Source of the DNA: Vibrio vulnificus CMCP6
GTDB lineage: Bacteria; Pseudomonadota; Gammaproteobacteria; Enterobacterales; Vibrionaceae
Direction of reading: 5' to 3'
Assembly (NCBI RefSeq): GCF_000039765.1
Contig: NC_004459.3
Span: 900,001 to 932,000 of the forward strand
DNA: 32,000 nucleotides
In this document: positions 1 through 9,917 of the stretch, one piece after another
How the letters are laid out: each line of letters starts with the position of its first letter
How positions within the stretch are numbered: position 1 is the first letter of the stretch
Notes under the pieces: model-generated
The model's database searches: none
Told to the model about the DNA's origin: nothing
Seen by the model: only the letters and a program-made list of their open reading frames with translations
Program-made: the position numbers and the translations under genes

Positions 1-500
1 AGCACGCACGTGCACTAAACGCGTTGACTAACCCATCAACCAACTCGTACAAGCGTCTGGTTCCACACTACGAAGCACCAGTTATGCTAGCTTACTCTGC
101 GCGTAACCGTTCTGCCTCTATCCGTATCCCAGTGGTACCAAGCCCGAAAGCGCGTCGTATCGAAGTTCGCTTCCCAGATCCAGCAGCAAACCCATACCTA
201 GCGTTTGCAGCCATGCTGATGGCTGGTCTTGACGGTATCAAGAACAAGATCCACCCAGGCGAAGCAATGGACAAAGATCTGTACGATCTACCAGCAGAAG
301 AAGCGGCAGAGATTCCAAAAGTAGCGGAATCGCTAAAACAAGCGCTAGAGTACCTAGACAACGACCGTGAGTTCCTAACTGCAGGTGGCGTATTCTCTGA
401 TGATTTCATCGATTCTTACATCGAGCTGAAAACAAAAGAAGTTGAGCGCGTAAACGTTGCGGTTCACCCACTAGAGTTCGAACTATACTACTCAGTATAA
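1..500 (+). CDS. glnA: glutamine synthetase, 3' portion (gene starts before the window)
   Basis: The frame is open from base 3 ([27 protein letters not shown]...). Conserved type I GS C-terminus [24 protein letters not shown]. Stop at 498-500. It is directly upstream of ntrB/ntrC. Confidence 0.97.
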   Translation, partial: HARALNALTNPSTNSYKRLVPHYEAPVMLAYSARNRSASIRIPVVPSPKARRIEVRFPDPAANPYLAFAAMLMAGLDGIKNKIHPGEAMDKDLYDLPAEEAAEIPKVAESLKQALEYLDNDREFLTAGGVFSDDFIDSYIELKTKEVERVNVAVHPLEFELYYSV

Positions 501-544
501 TTTGCTCACTATGTAAACTTTGTAACCTTAGTTACATCAATTTT

Positions 545-575
545 AAGGCTCGCCTCGCAGGCGAGCCTTTCTTTT
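545..575 (+). terminator. Rho-independent terminator of glnA
   Basis: Stem GGCTCGCC-tcgca-GGCGAGCC followed by TTTCTTTTATTTT. Confidence 0.9.
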
Positions 576-697
576 ATTTTCCAAATGTAAACCGAGTAAT
601 AACATAACCTTGCTATAACAAAAACTATATCGGAACCCTGCACTCCGCAGAGGCTTCGTTCTATTAACGTGAACTCGCATCTCTTTGGAGGTGAACA

Positions 698-1234
698 ATG
701 AAATTGCTTTTTGCTCTGGTTCTCTCTTTGAGCGCCCCTTTAGTGTGCGCCCAAACTGTCTACACTTGGGTCGATGACAACGGCGTGCTCCACATGAGCG
801 ATACCCCCAACAATGGCGCGAAAACCGTCAAACTGCCCGATCTCGAAGCCAGTGCCCCCCCTCCTCAAGTGGAATCAACCCAATCTCTCGATAAACCAGC
901 AGAGCTGACCAAAGAGAAACCGAAAAGCCAACAGCAAGAGGCGGTACCTCTTGCGTTGACACTGGCGTCTCCCAGCCACGATGCCACGATTCGCAGTAAT
1001 CAAGGGATCATCACCATTCAGGTTCAAACCAACCGTAAGCTGGACATTGGTGAGCAGCTGCAACTGGTGTTTGATGGCAATCGCTACGGTGCTCCACAAA
1101 CCTCAACATTGTGGCAGCTCAAAAACATCGACCGCGGCACGCACATTATTGCCATTCAGGCCGTACGAAGCGGCAAGCTTATTGCATCAACTAGCCCTAT
1201 ATCAGTGCATCTTCATCGCACCAAGATAAAATAG
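698..1234 (+). CDS. DUF4124 domain-containing exported protein
   Basis: 178-aa ORF with a signal peptide (MKLLFALVLSLSAPLVCAQ) and the motif TVYTWVDDNGVLHMSDTP typical of DUF4124. It sits between glnA and ntrB. Confidence 0.85.
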   Translation: MKLLFALVLSLSAPLVCAQTVYTWVDDNGVLHMSDTPNNGAKTVKLPDLEASAPPPQVESTQSLDKPAELTKEKPKSQQQEAVPLALTLASPSHDATIRSNQGIITIQVQTNRKLDIGEQLQLVFDGNRYGAPQTSTLWQLKNIDRGTHIIAIQAVRSGKLIASTSPISVHLHRTKIK

Positions 1235-1316
1235 CGGCTTGCAGGCAATATTAAGTAGCTGATAGACGGAAATTCTCCTTTCTCTTGTCTTTGTAATCCG
1301 CCATACTGAATTCATT

Positions 1317-1335
1317 TGCACCAACTTAGTGCAAT
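1317..1335. promoter_or_regulatory. NtrC-like binding site upstream of ntrB
   Basis: TTGCACCAACTTAGTGCAA matches the NtrC dyad TGCACYA-N5-TGGTGCA closely and ends 28 bp before the ntrB start. Confidence 0.7.
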
Positions 1336-1362
1336 GCACCAGAAGATAACAAAGACAAGGAT

Positions 1363-2415
1363 GTGAAGGTGAATTCCGCTCTCTCAAATACCATACTCAG
1401 CAACATGGTGACTGCGACGCTCATCTTGGATGATGAGCTGCAAATACACCACGCCAATCCTGCGGCAGAGCAATTGTTTTCTCAAAGTGCCAAGCGGATT
1501 GTGCACCACCCACTCTCGCAGTTGATTCAGCATGCGTCGCTCGATCTCGCCTTGCTTTCACAGCCATTACAAAGCGGACAAAGCATTACCGACAGTGACG
1601 TCACTTTCGTGGTGGATGGCAAACCTTTGTTGCTGGAGGTTACAGTCAGCCCGATTTCAATCGAAAGAGAGCTGATGCTCTTAATGGAGATGCGTAAAGT
1701 CGACCAACAGCGCCGAATCACTCAGGAGATGAACCAGCACGCCCAACAACAAGCCGCAAAGCTCTTGGTGCGAGGCCTCGCTCATGAAATCAAAAACCCG
1801 CTAGGAGGTCTACGTGGCGCAGCACAACTGCTGGAAAAAATGCTGCCCGATCCTTCATTAACGGAATACACCCAGATCATTATTGAGCAGGCAGACCGAT
1901 TGCGCGCGTTAGTCGACCGGCTACTGGGCCCACAAAAACCGGGCAAAAAACAACAAACCAACCTTCACCAAGTTCTCGAAAAAGTTCGCCAACTTGTGGA
2001 GCTGGAGTCCGAACAAACGCTGGTCATCGAGCGAGACTATGATCCAAGCTTGCCCGATATTTACATTGATGCTGACCAAATAGAGCAGGCGATGCTCAAT
2101 ATCGTTAGCAATGCTTCGCAAATTTTGGCTCACCAAGAGGATGGTAAAATCTCCATTCGCACCAGAACGGTGCATCAGGCCAATATCCATGGCCAACGCT
2201 GCAAAGTGGCGGCCCGGATTGAAATTATGGATAACGGGCCAGGTATCCCCGTTGAGCTTCAAGATACTTTGTTTTACCCCATGGTCAGTGGTCGAGAAGG
2301 CGGGACAGGATTAGGTCTTTCTATTTCTCAAAACCTTATTGATCAGCATAACGGCAAAATTGATGTCGAAAGCTGGCCAGGGCACACCAATTTTACGATT
2401 TATCTGCCAATTTAA
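1363..2415 (+). CDS. glnL: nitrogen regulation sensor histidine kinase NtrB/GlnL
   Basis: N-terminal PAS region, H-box GLAHEIKNPLGGLRGAAQLLEKMLPD, G-boxes DNGPGIP and GREGGTGLGLSISQ. Adjacent to ntrC. Confidence 0.95.
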   Translation: MKVNSALSNTILSNMVTATLILDDELQIHHANPAAEQLFSQSAKRIVHHPLSQLIQHASLDLALLSQPLQSGQSITDSDVTFVVDGKPLLLEVTVSPISIERELMLLMEMRKVDQQRRITQEMNQHAQQQAAKLLVRGLAHEIKNPLGGLRGAAQLLEKMLPDPSLTEYTQIIIEQADRLRALVDRLLGPQKPGKKQQTNLHQVLEKVRQLVELESEQTLVIERDYDPSLPDIYIDADQIEQAMLNIVSNASQILAHQEDGKISIRTRTVHQANIHGQRCKVAARIEIMDNGPGIPVELQDTLFYPMVSGREGGTGLGLSISQNLIDQHNGKIDVESWPGHTNFTIYLPI

Positions 2416-2433
2416 CGCTGCAAGGAATACGTC

Positions 2434-3843
2434 ATGAGTAAAGGCTATGTTTGGGTTGTCGACGACGACAGTTCGATTCGCTGGGTAATGGAAAAAACCT
2501 TATCCTCTGCCAACATCAAATGCGAAACCTACGCCAACGGCGAAAGTGTATTGATGGCGTTAGAACGTGAAGTCCCGGATGTTTTAGTCTCCGATATTCG
2601 CATGCCAGGCATCGATGGCATTGAACTGCTGCGTCAAGTGCATGAGAAGTGCCCGAATTTGCCCGTCATCATCATGACGGCACATTCGGATTTGGATGCG
2701 GCGGTTAACGCGTACCAAAAAGGGGCGTTTGAGTACCTGCCAAAACCCTTCGATATCGATGAGACGCTGACGCTGGTTGAGCGCGCCATCGCGCATGGCC
2801 AAGAACAAAAGCGTGAACAAATGGCTTCAGCGCAGACCCACACCGCGCACACCCCAGAAATCATCGGTGAAGCACCGGCGATGCAAGAGGTTTTCCGCGC
2901 CATTGGTCGCCTGTCTCGCTCTTCCATTTCAGTGCTGATTAACGGTGAGTCAGGCACTGGTAAAGAGCTCGTCGCCCATGCTTTGCACCGCCACAGTCCT
3001 CGCTCAAGCAAACCCTTTATTGCGTTGAACATGGCAGCCATCCCAAAGGATTTGATTGAGTCCGAACTGTTTGGCCACGAAAAAGGCGCGTTTACAGGTG
3101 CCAACTCGGTGCGCCAAGGTCGATTTGAACAGGCCAACGGGGGCACGTTGTTTCTCGATGAGATCGGCGACATGCCGCTTGATATTCAAACCCGCCTCCT
3201 GCGCGTGCTCGCAGACGGTCAGTTCTATCGTGTCGGTGGCCACTCACCAATTAAAGTGGATGTCCGTATTGTCGCGGCGACCCATCAAAACCTCGAACGT
3301 TTGGTGCAACAAGGCAAATTTCGTGAAGACCTTTTTCACCGCCTCAATGTCATTCGCGTGCAGATCCCAGCCCTTCGCGAGCGCAAGCAAGACATCGAAA
3401 AACTGACCCAGCACTTCTTGCTGCGAGCCGCAGAAGAGCTCGGTGTAGAAGCCAAAACACTGCATGGCAGCACTGTGGAAATACTTAACCGTTTGAACTG
3501 GCCAGGCAACGTACGTCAGTTGGAAAACATTTGTCGCTGGCTTACCGTAATGGCCAGTGGCAGTGAAGTGTTGCCAAGTGATTTACCTAGCGAGTTGGTC
3601 AATGAAAAACGCGTGGTGGATGACAACAACGCTTCTGGCACTTGGCAAGAAACCTTGTCGAACTGGGCTGAGCACGCATTGGAATCTGGAGAAAAAGAAC
3701 TGCTGGCTTATGCACTTCCTCAATTCGAACGTATACTGTTAGAAGCAGCACTAAAGCACACCAATGGACACAAGCAGGATGCCGCCAAGGTTTTAGGCTG
3801 GGGACGCAACACGTTGACGAGAAAACTAAAAGAGCTGTACTAA
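2434..3843 (+). CDS. glnG: nitrogen regulation response regulator NtrC (sigma54 activator)
   Basis: Receiver domain (VVDDDSSIRW, DIRMPGIDG), AAA+ with GESGTGKELVAHALHRHS and GAFTGA, and a C-terminal Fis-type HTH. Confidence 0.97.
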   Translation: MSKGYVWVVDDDSSIRWVMEKTLSSANIKCETYANGESVLMALEREVPDVLVSDIRMPGIDGIELLRQVHEKCPNLPVIIMTAHSDLDAAVNAYQKGAFEYLPKPFDIDETLTLVERAIAHGQEQKREQMASAQTHTAHTPEIIGEAPAMQEVFRAIGRLSRSSISVLINGESGTGKELVAHALHRHSPRSSKPFIALNMAAIPKDLIESELFGHEKGAFTGANSVRQGRFEQANGGTLFLDEIGDMPLDIQTRLLRVLADGQFYRVGGHSPIKVDVRIVAATHQNLERLVQQGKFREDLFHRLNVIRVQIPALRERKQDIEKLTQHFLLRAAEELGVEAKTLHGSTVEILNRLNWPGNVRQLENICRWLTVMASGSEVLPSDLPSELVNEKRVVDDNNASGTWQETLSNWAEHALESGEKELLAYALPQFERILLEAALKHTNGHKQDAAKVLGWGRNTLTRKLKELY

Positions 3844-3960
3844 CCACACTCACCCGATACCGTCGCGTCTGCCCATTTGGCTTATTCGGTTTTGCGCCTT
3901 TTTTCGACACGTTCGAACACAGGTGCAAACCCCAAGCACTCAAGGAGAGACGCTTTTTCT

Positions 3961-6492
3961 ATGTACGAGCTCAACGACAGCAGCAAAATTTCTCTCAAAG
4001 CAGCAGTCATCACCCCTTTTGTGGTGATTTTTCTCTTATCGATCAGCTTAGTCATTCTCGTTCAACGACACAGCTATGAACGTGCCGTGGTTGATCTCAG
4101 TAACAAGCAACTCTCTGCGTTAACGGAGAATGTACAAACTCATCTCACTGAGTATTTAGGCGCACCGTTTGATGCAGGTTTGGCGATGGCACACACCATC
4201 AGCTTCAATCACCTCTACAAAGCTGATGATACCTCACAGTTGCAAGACTATTTTTTGAATGCTTTTCAAACCCTGTACGCCGATATCCCACAACTGGATG
4301 TGATTGGCTTTGGCTCGGAAGCAGCGGATTACATCGGCTTTCGCAAAGAGAGCAACGGCACACACACATTAATGATTCAAGATGACCGCACCGACAGCAA
4401 ATTGGTCATTTATCGCGGCGATCAAATCAGCAAAGAGATTGTCTCGGTGATCCCCAACTACGATCCGCGCGTGCGACCTTGGTACGCACCCGTTGCTGAA
4501 AAGCGCCAAGTGATGTGGTCATCCATCTATGCTAATGCTGACGAGCGCCAAGAAATCACGCTTTCCGCCCTCTCGCCGGTTTACGACAAGCAACATTTTG
4601 TCGGCGTGATGGTTACTGACATTCGCATCAATACCTTCAACGCGTTTTTAAATCGCTTGCAGGAGAAAACCAAGGCGACCGTCTACATCATGGATAACGA
4701 TCAGCGCCTCGTCGCACATTCCGCTCAAGGCAGCGTGGTGTCATGGGGGACCGAGTGGTCGAAAAAGGGCGACCGACTGTTAGCCACCGAAAGTGCCGAC
4801 CCTATCATTAAGCAGCACGCAGAACGAGCGAAAGCAGAACGCATGTTGCAACATGAAGAGGCACAACAATTTGAGTTCGAAACCAAGAATGAACGTTATT
4901 TCAGCCTCTTGTCGCCATACACCGACCAATATGGCCTCACGTGGTTTATTGGCATTTCCATCTCTGAAACCGAGCTTCTTGGCGTATTGCCGAAGTCACA
5001 ACAGCAAAGCTGGCTGATCGGCATACTGGTAAGTGCGATTGGGATGTCTTTCTGCTTAGTCATTTTCAGCCGTATCACTCGTCCTATTACGGCCACCGCC
5101 ACGGCAGCAAGAAATTTGGCCAACGGCAATTGGGATAGCTCAATGCCAAAACCTGGCCGCATTCATGAAACCAGCTTACTGGTCAACGCCTTTAACGAAA
5201 TGGCCAATAACCTCAAAGCGTCCTTTAAAGCCCTGCATAATCAACTGGTGTTTGATTCCCTGACCAAGCTGTACAGCCGAGAAGGATTGATTGATGTAAG
5301 TAAGCGCAAACTTACTGAGTCTGGCAGTTTATTTATGCTTGGGGTTAATCGCTTTCGCGATATCAACGACAGCTTGGGACATCACAACGGTGACCAACTG
5401 CTGATCAAAGTCTCCGAACGAATCCAAACCTTGTTTGACGATCAGTTTTTGCTCGCTCGCACAGGAGGAGACGAATTTGCGATATACGCTCCCCACATCA
5501 ATCAAAGCGAAGAAGTGACGTTGACGGTGAATCGCCTTCAGCAACTCTTCATTGCCCCGTTTTATATGAATGATGAAAGTGTGGTGATGAAGGTGTCGAT
5601 TGGTGTCGTGATCACCGACAGTGATAGCAACATGACACGCTGGCTACGGAATGGCAGCATCGCACTGAGCAATGCAAAACAAGATGTTTCGGGCGTCAGT
5701 TACTATCGTCCTGAAATGGCCGACGCTTCGAAATTTCGCACTCAAATGCTGGCAAAAATCCAAGATGGTATCGACAGCCAAGAATTTATCCCCTATTACC
5801 AACCCATTATTGAGCTTAAGAGCGGCAAAGTGATCGGTGCTGAAGCACTGGCACGCTGGCTCAGCAAACAAGGAATTATCTCCCCACTCGATTTTATCCC
5901 TATCGCAGAAGACAGTGGCCTGATTCAAAAAATTGGCAGTCAGATTTTACGCCAAGCCTGCCATGATTGCGCCAAAGCGATCGCCGCTCAGCACTGGGAT
6001 GCTCGCTTTCAACTGCATGTGAACATTTCCGTCAATCAACTGCTTCGCGATGACTTTGTCGCTGAGGTTTCGCAAATTTTGCAGGAAACGGGGTTAGCTG
6101 CCACTAACCTTACGTTGGAAATCACCGAGTCGCGCTTGGTTGAAAGCGCACATGGCACATTAGACAACATGCACAAGCTCCGTGCTTTGGGCATTAGCAT
6201 TGCCATTGACGATTTTGGTACTGGCTATTCCTCTCTCGCCTATCTGCATTCGCTGCCGTTTGATTGCCTGAAGATAGACCGAACGTTTGTCGAAAAATTA
6301 AATCGCCAAGAAATCAACAATTCCGTTGTCGCCGCGGTGGTGAACATTACTAAAGGGTTCAACGTTAATGTTGTGGCTGAAGGGGTTGAAACCAGCTTGC
6401 AAGCCGAGCTGCTGATGGAGTTAGGATGCACCCTAGCGCAAGGTTATCTCTATAGCCGCCCGGTGCCATTTGATGAGTGGCCATCGCTATAA
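3961..6492 (+). CDS. membrane cache-sensor GGDEF/EAL dual-domain c-di-GMP signalling protein
   Basis: N-terminal TM, periplasmic sensor region, second TM (WLIGILVSAIGMSFCLVIFSRI), HAMP, an intact GGDEF motif (LLARTGGDEFAIYAP) and an EAL domain with GAEALARW, ESR and DDFGTGYSSLAYL. The ATG at 3961 (MYELNDSSK) is preferred over the upstream 3877 start. Confidence 0.9.
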   Translation: MYELNDSSKISLKAAVITPFVVIFLLSISLVILVQRHSYERAVVDLSNKQLSALTENVQTHLTEYLGAPFDAGLAMAHTISFNHLYKADDTSQLQDYFLNAFQTLYADIPQLDVIGFGSEAADYIGFRKESNGTHTLMIQDDRTDSKLVIYRGDQISKEIVSVIPNYDPRVRPWYAPVAEKRQVMWSSIYANADERQEITLSALSPVYDKQHFVGVMVTDIRINTFNAFLNRLQEKTKATVYIMDNDQRLVAHSAQGSVVSWGTEWSKKGDRLLATESADPIIKQHAERAKAERMLQHEEAQQFEFETKNERYFSLLSPYTDQYGLTWFIGISISETELLGVLPKSQQQSWLIGILVSAIGMSFCLVIFSRITRPITATATAARNLANGNWDSSMPKPGRIHETSLLVNAFNEMANNLKASFKALHNQLVFDSLTKLYSREGLIDVSKRKLTESGSLFMLGVNRFRDINDSLGHHNGDQLLIKVSERIQTLFDDQFLLARTGGDEFAIYAPHINQSEEVTLTVNRLQQLFIAPFYMNDESVVMKVSIGVVITDSDSNMTRWLRNGSIALSNAKQDVSGVSYYRPEMADASKFRTQMLAKIQDGIDSQEFIPYYQPIIELKSGKVIGAEALARWLSKQGIISPLDFIPIAEDSGLIQKIGSQILRQACHDCAKAIAAQHWDARFQLHVNISVNQLLRDDFVAEVSQILQETGLAATNLTLEITESRLVESAHGTLDNMHKLRALGISIAIDDFGTGYSSLAYLHSLPFDCLKIDRTFVEKLNRQEINNSVVAAVVNITKGFNVNVVAEGVETSLQAELLMELGCTLAQGYLYSRPVPFDEWPSL

Positions 6493-6515
6493 GCACAAAC
6501 CGTTGAGATACATTA

Positions 6516-6545
6516 AAAATGCCAGCGTTTTCGCTGGCATTTGTA
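6516..6545. terminator. Bidirectional Rho-independent terminator between the GGDEF/EAL gene and hemN
   Basis: AAAAATGCCAGCG-TTTT-CGCTGGCATTTG with A/T tracts on both sides between convergent genes. Confidence 0.8.
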
Positions 6546-6569
6546 TTTAAAGAGGCATCGATGCTGTGT

Positions 6570-7961
6570 TTAGATCACACGAGAAAACTGCTGCTGACGC
6601 GCTTTGGCTCGCAAGTACTTATCAAAGCACATACAGATATTGCGAATAAGCAAACGGCCACGAAGTGTCACGCGGATCGCTTGTTCATCCACTTCCACCA
6701 GCGCATCATCAATAAAGGTCTGTAGCAATTGTAGGTCTTCTTTAAAGTACTGATTGAACGTCACGGCAAACTGCTTCTCAATCGCCACTTTGTCGAGTTT
6801 GAAGTTACAAATCAGCTGTTTGATCACTTCTCGACGCAATAAATCGTCACCATCCAGCGCAACACCCTTCCACAGAGCATGACGTAAATCATTCACTTGT
6901 GCATAGTACTTTTTCAGCTCTTTTTGGTTTTGCGCATAGGCATCGCCAATCATGGAAATGGCCGATACACCAAAGCCAACCAAGTCACACTCTCCTTGCG
7001 TTGTGTAGCCTTGAAAGTTGCGATGCAGCACGCCATTACGCTGAGCCACCGCCAGTTCATCGTCAGGCAACGCAAAGTGGTCCATGCCGATGAATTGATA
7101 GCCCGCATCGGTCAACGTCGCGATGGTGTTTTGCAGAATCGCCATTTTCTCTTCCGCTTTCGGCAGATCTTCATCTTTGATTTTGCGCTGCGCAGCAAAA
7201 AGCTGAGGCATGTGAGCGTAGTTAAACACCGACAATCGGCCTGGCTGCATGCTGAGGACTTGTTCTAACGTTTTGGCAAAAGAATCTCGATCTTGCTTAG
7301 GCAAACCGTAAATCAAGTCAAGGTTGGTTGAACGGAAGCCGAGCTGCTTCGCGCGCTCAACCATCGCGAAAATAAATGCTTCATCTTGCTCGCGATTGAC
7401 CAGCTTTTGCACTTCTTTGTTGAAGTCTTGCACACCGATACTCAGGCGGTTAAAGCCTTCTGCACGTAGGTGACCCAGCATTTCCAACGCAATTTCTCGT
7501 GGGTCAACTTCAATACTGATTTCGGCTTCCGCTGTGAAGGTGAACTCTTCACGCAGCAGTGTCATCAAGCGGGTGATTTGCTTAGCACTAAGAAATGTTG
7601 GTGTACCACCACCAAAATGCAATTGCGTTACGCGACGACCTTGCAGTAAAGACGCACGTTGGCGAATCTCATGCTCCAACACATCCAAATACTCATCCGC
7701 TTTGTGCGAATGGCGTGTTATCACCTTATTACAGCCACAGTAGTAGCACAGCTTATGGCAAAACGGGATGTGAATGTACAGGGATAGCGGTCGCTCTGGG
7801 TATTGCGTGCAAGCCATATCGTAGTCAGAAATGGTAAATGCTTCATGAAACTCAAGCGCCGTTGGGTAAGACGTATAACGCGGACCTGAATAGTTATATT
7901 TGTCTAATACCGCTTGGTCCCAAACAATTTGTTGGTTCGATTCAAGGTTCTGATTCGACAT
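6570..7961 (-). CDS. hemN: oxygen-independent coproporphyrinogen III dehydrogenase
   Basis: 463 aa. Radical SAM motif CHKLCYYCGCNK, with PRYTSYPTA near the N-terminus and GFGVSAISMIG. Confidence 0.96.
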   Translation of the reverse strand: MSNQNLESNQQIVWDQAVLDKYNYSGPRYTSYPTALEFHEAFTISDYDMACTQYPERPLSLYIHIPFCHKLCYYCGCNKVITRHSHKADEYLDVLEHEIRQRASLLQGRRVTQLHFGGGTPTFLSAKQITRLMTLLREEFTFTAEAEISIEVDPREIALEMLGHLRAEGFNRLSIGVQDFNKEVQKLVNREQDEAFIFAMVERAKQLGFRSTNLDLIYGLPKQDRDSFAKTLEQVLSMQPGRLSVFNYAHMPQLFAAQRKIKDEDLPKAEEKMAILQNTIATLTDAGYQFIGMDHFALPDDELAVAQRNGVLHRNFQGYTTQGECDLVGFGVSAISMIGDAYAQNQKELKKYYAQVNDLRHALWKGVALDGDDLLRREVIKQLICNFKLDKVAIEKQFAVTFNQYFKEDLQLLQTFIDDALVEVDEQAIRVTLRGRLLIRNICMCFDKYLRAKARQQQFSRVI

Positions 7962-8105
7962 GGTGGTACTTCCATAAAATGCTGTGGGGCGCTATTTTGC
8001 CACATCAATGAGACGCTCATGGCGCTGTGATATGGCTTTTTTATCGCCAATTTTTAGAAGTGCTAGCCTGATCACGATAGCCCTACTCAAAAGTAGGGCT
8101 ATGGA

Positions 8106-8594
8106 TTAGATCATCTGAATATGGATTTGATTATTCAGCGGCTTCACTTTCTGTTGCAGAGTTTTTAACTCTTCAATCACCGCTTCGCTGAGGCGACCTT
8201 CCGCTTTGTGGCGCTCAAGGTTTTGCTTCATGCGTTGCTGTTTCTCCAGCTTTTGTCTCTCTTCGCCACGCGCCATATCTTTTACGATGTGGTAAAGCTC
8301 CGCAATGGCGGGATAAGTGGCATCGAAGTCGACGCGTTCCTCACCTTGAACGTAGTCCATGATGCAATAAACCCGAATCGCAATTTCGGATAAGTCACAC
8401 TGACCCTGAATGCCCGCAAGGCATAGGGTATTTACGCTATCAAAGATATTGGCGTTGCGCTTCTCTATCGCCAATTTTTGATGCTGGAGCTGCAACTCCT
8501 TTTGCTTTTTAAGCTGGAGTAGAAGGTAACCAGCATACGACGCTAAACCAAGAATGATTGCGCCACCAAGAATGGCCAGTAGGGTTACACTCAT
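8106..8594 (-). CDS. DUF2489 domain-containing protein
   Basis: 162-aa ORF with an N-terminal TM segment (LLAILGGAIILGLASYAGYLLLQLKKQK). Its position between hemN and yihI matches gamma-proteobacterial synteny. Confidence 0.8.
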   Translation of the reverse strand: MSVTLLAILGGAIILGLASYAGYLLLQLKKQKELQLQHQKLAIEKRNANIFDSVNTLCLAGIQGQCDLSEIAIRVYCIMDYVQGEERVDFDATYPAIAELYHIVKDMARGEERQKLEKQQRMKQNLERHKAEGRLSEAVIEELKTLQQKVKPLNNQIHIQMI

Positions 8595-8602
8595 CCGTTC
8601 GC

Positions 8603-9148
8603 TTATCCTTTGTAATCATCCATATCAAAGTCTTCAAAATCCGCCAGCAGATCATCATCAGAGCGTGATTTGCGCACTGGTGCTTCTTCTTCAAACTCTT
8701 CTTCCGCTTCTGGCTCTAGCAGACCAAGCTGGCTCATCAACTGCTCGATGCGATCCAGTTTTTCATCCACGTATTGCTGTAGACCACGGCCTAGGTTTTC
8801 ACCTGATTCGATGCGGTCAAGCAACACGTTCAGTTTCGCATCATTTTCGAGCATCTCGAGCTCTTGTTCTGCAGACAGACGACGCTCTTGTTTCGTCAGC
8901 TTTTTCGCTGGCTCAACAATCAATGGAATTTTCTTTTTGCTGCCTAAACGCGGATCACGAACCTGCGAAGAGCCGTGTTTTTGCTGCGCACCTTCTTCCG
9001 AATTGCGACCGCCCGCTTTTAGGCCTTTACGTTTTTTATCTTTCTTGCGTAAACGACCAGCAACATCTGACTCTGAACGATTACGGGTAACCATAAATTC
9101 CGGGGCGCCAGCGGCACCCGGCTTTCTCGATTTTTTCTTACGACTCAT
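8603..9148 (-). CDS. yihI: Der GTPase-activating protein YihI
   Basis: 181 aa. Basic N-terminus (MSRKKKSRKPGAAG), KKLTKQERRLSAEQELE and an acidic C-terminus. Confidence 0.9.
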   Translation of the reverse strand: MSRKKKSRKPGAAGAPEFMVTRNRSESDVAGRLRKKDKKRKGLKAGGRNSEEGAQQKHGSSQVRDPRLGSKKKIPLIVEPAKKLTKQERRLSAEQELEMLENDAKLNVLLDRIESGENLGRGLQQYVDEKLDRIEQLMSQLGLLEPEAEEEFEEEAPVRKSRSDDDLLADFEDFDMDDYKG

Positions 9149-9786
9149 TACTGGGTCTTCCTCAGTAAAATTACATCTTTGCCAATAAATTCAAGTTCGA
9201 GCTTATCTCGCTCTGCCAGATACTGAAACGTTGCTTGGCTAAAAAAGATCACATGCGTGGGGTCATTTTTATAGTGCCAGTTCGCAAACGCTTCTCGATC
9301 AATCACCATTTTGGTCATTAGACCGATCCAGCCTCTGGGTTTAACTAAATTCAACCATTGTTGCCACACCACATTGGGTTCATAGAGGTGCTCGATCACC
9401 TCAGTAGCCGTCATGAAGTCATACTCTCTTCTCAGCACTGAACGGTCTGGATGATAATAGAGATCGTACAACGACATAACGTGACCATGCTCTTCTAGCA
9501 TCAGTGAGAGCGTTGGTCCGGGTCCACAACCAAAATCCAGTCCATTTGATTGGGGTGCGATTCGTTCTAAAAGAGGATCGGTAATACGCGATAAGAAGCG
9601 GCGATAACCGAGGTCCAATGGATTGTTCTCATGCAGATCATAGTGAGATTTTTCAGTTTTTGCATCCAAGCGTTGCTCGGGATTAACAAACACCAACTCA
9701 CAGCGCGCACATTGCAGATACTCACGACGCTTGTCAGTAAAATAGTGCAGAATCTGATCATGCTGACATAAAGGACAAGTATGCAT
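9148..9786 (-). CDS. class I SAM-dependent methyltransferase with N-terminal zinc-ribbon-like cysteines
   Basis: CPLC...CARC motif, then GLDFGCGPGPTLSLMLEEHG (SAM motif I). The start is placed at the ATG at 9786 (MHTCPLCQHDQ). The ORF-track extension to 9954 runs into the Csr-type sRNA terminator. Confidence 0.85.
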   Translation of the reverse strand: MHTCPLCQHDQILHYFTDKRREYLQCARCELVFVNPEQRLDAKTEKSHYDLHENNPLDLGYRRFLSRITDPLLERIAPQSNGLDFGCGPGPTLSLMLEEHGHVMSLYDLYYHPDRSVLRREYDFMTATEVIEHLYEPNVVWQQWLNLVKPRGWIGLMTKMVIDREAFANWHYKNDPTHVIFFSQATFQYLAERDKLELEFIGKDVILLRKTQ

Positions 9787-9888
9787 TCGGACTTCCTCAA
9801 ACAGGGATGCGAAACATACCAGAAAGTCGACCCAGATTGGAGAGCCAACGGGCAAATAATCACCAATTTCGTAAAAAAACGGCCAAAA

Positions 9889-9917
9889 TAAAAAAAGCGA
9901 CAGCCATGCTGTCGCTT
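9889..9917 (-). terminator. Rho-independent terminator of the Csr-type sRNA
   Basis: Minus strand: AAAGCGACAGCATGGCTGTCGCTTTTTTTATTTT. Confidence 0.9.

Noticed and set aside
3843-3960. Possible sigma54 promoter for the GGDEF/EAL gene (TTGGCTTATTCGGTTTTGC)
   Set aside because: The distance between the GG and GC elements is 13 nt rather than the required 10, so it does not fit the -24/-12 consensus.
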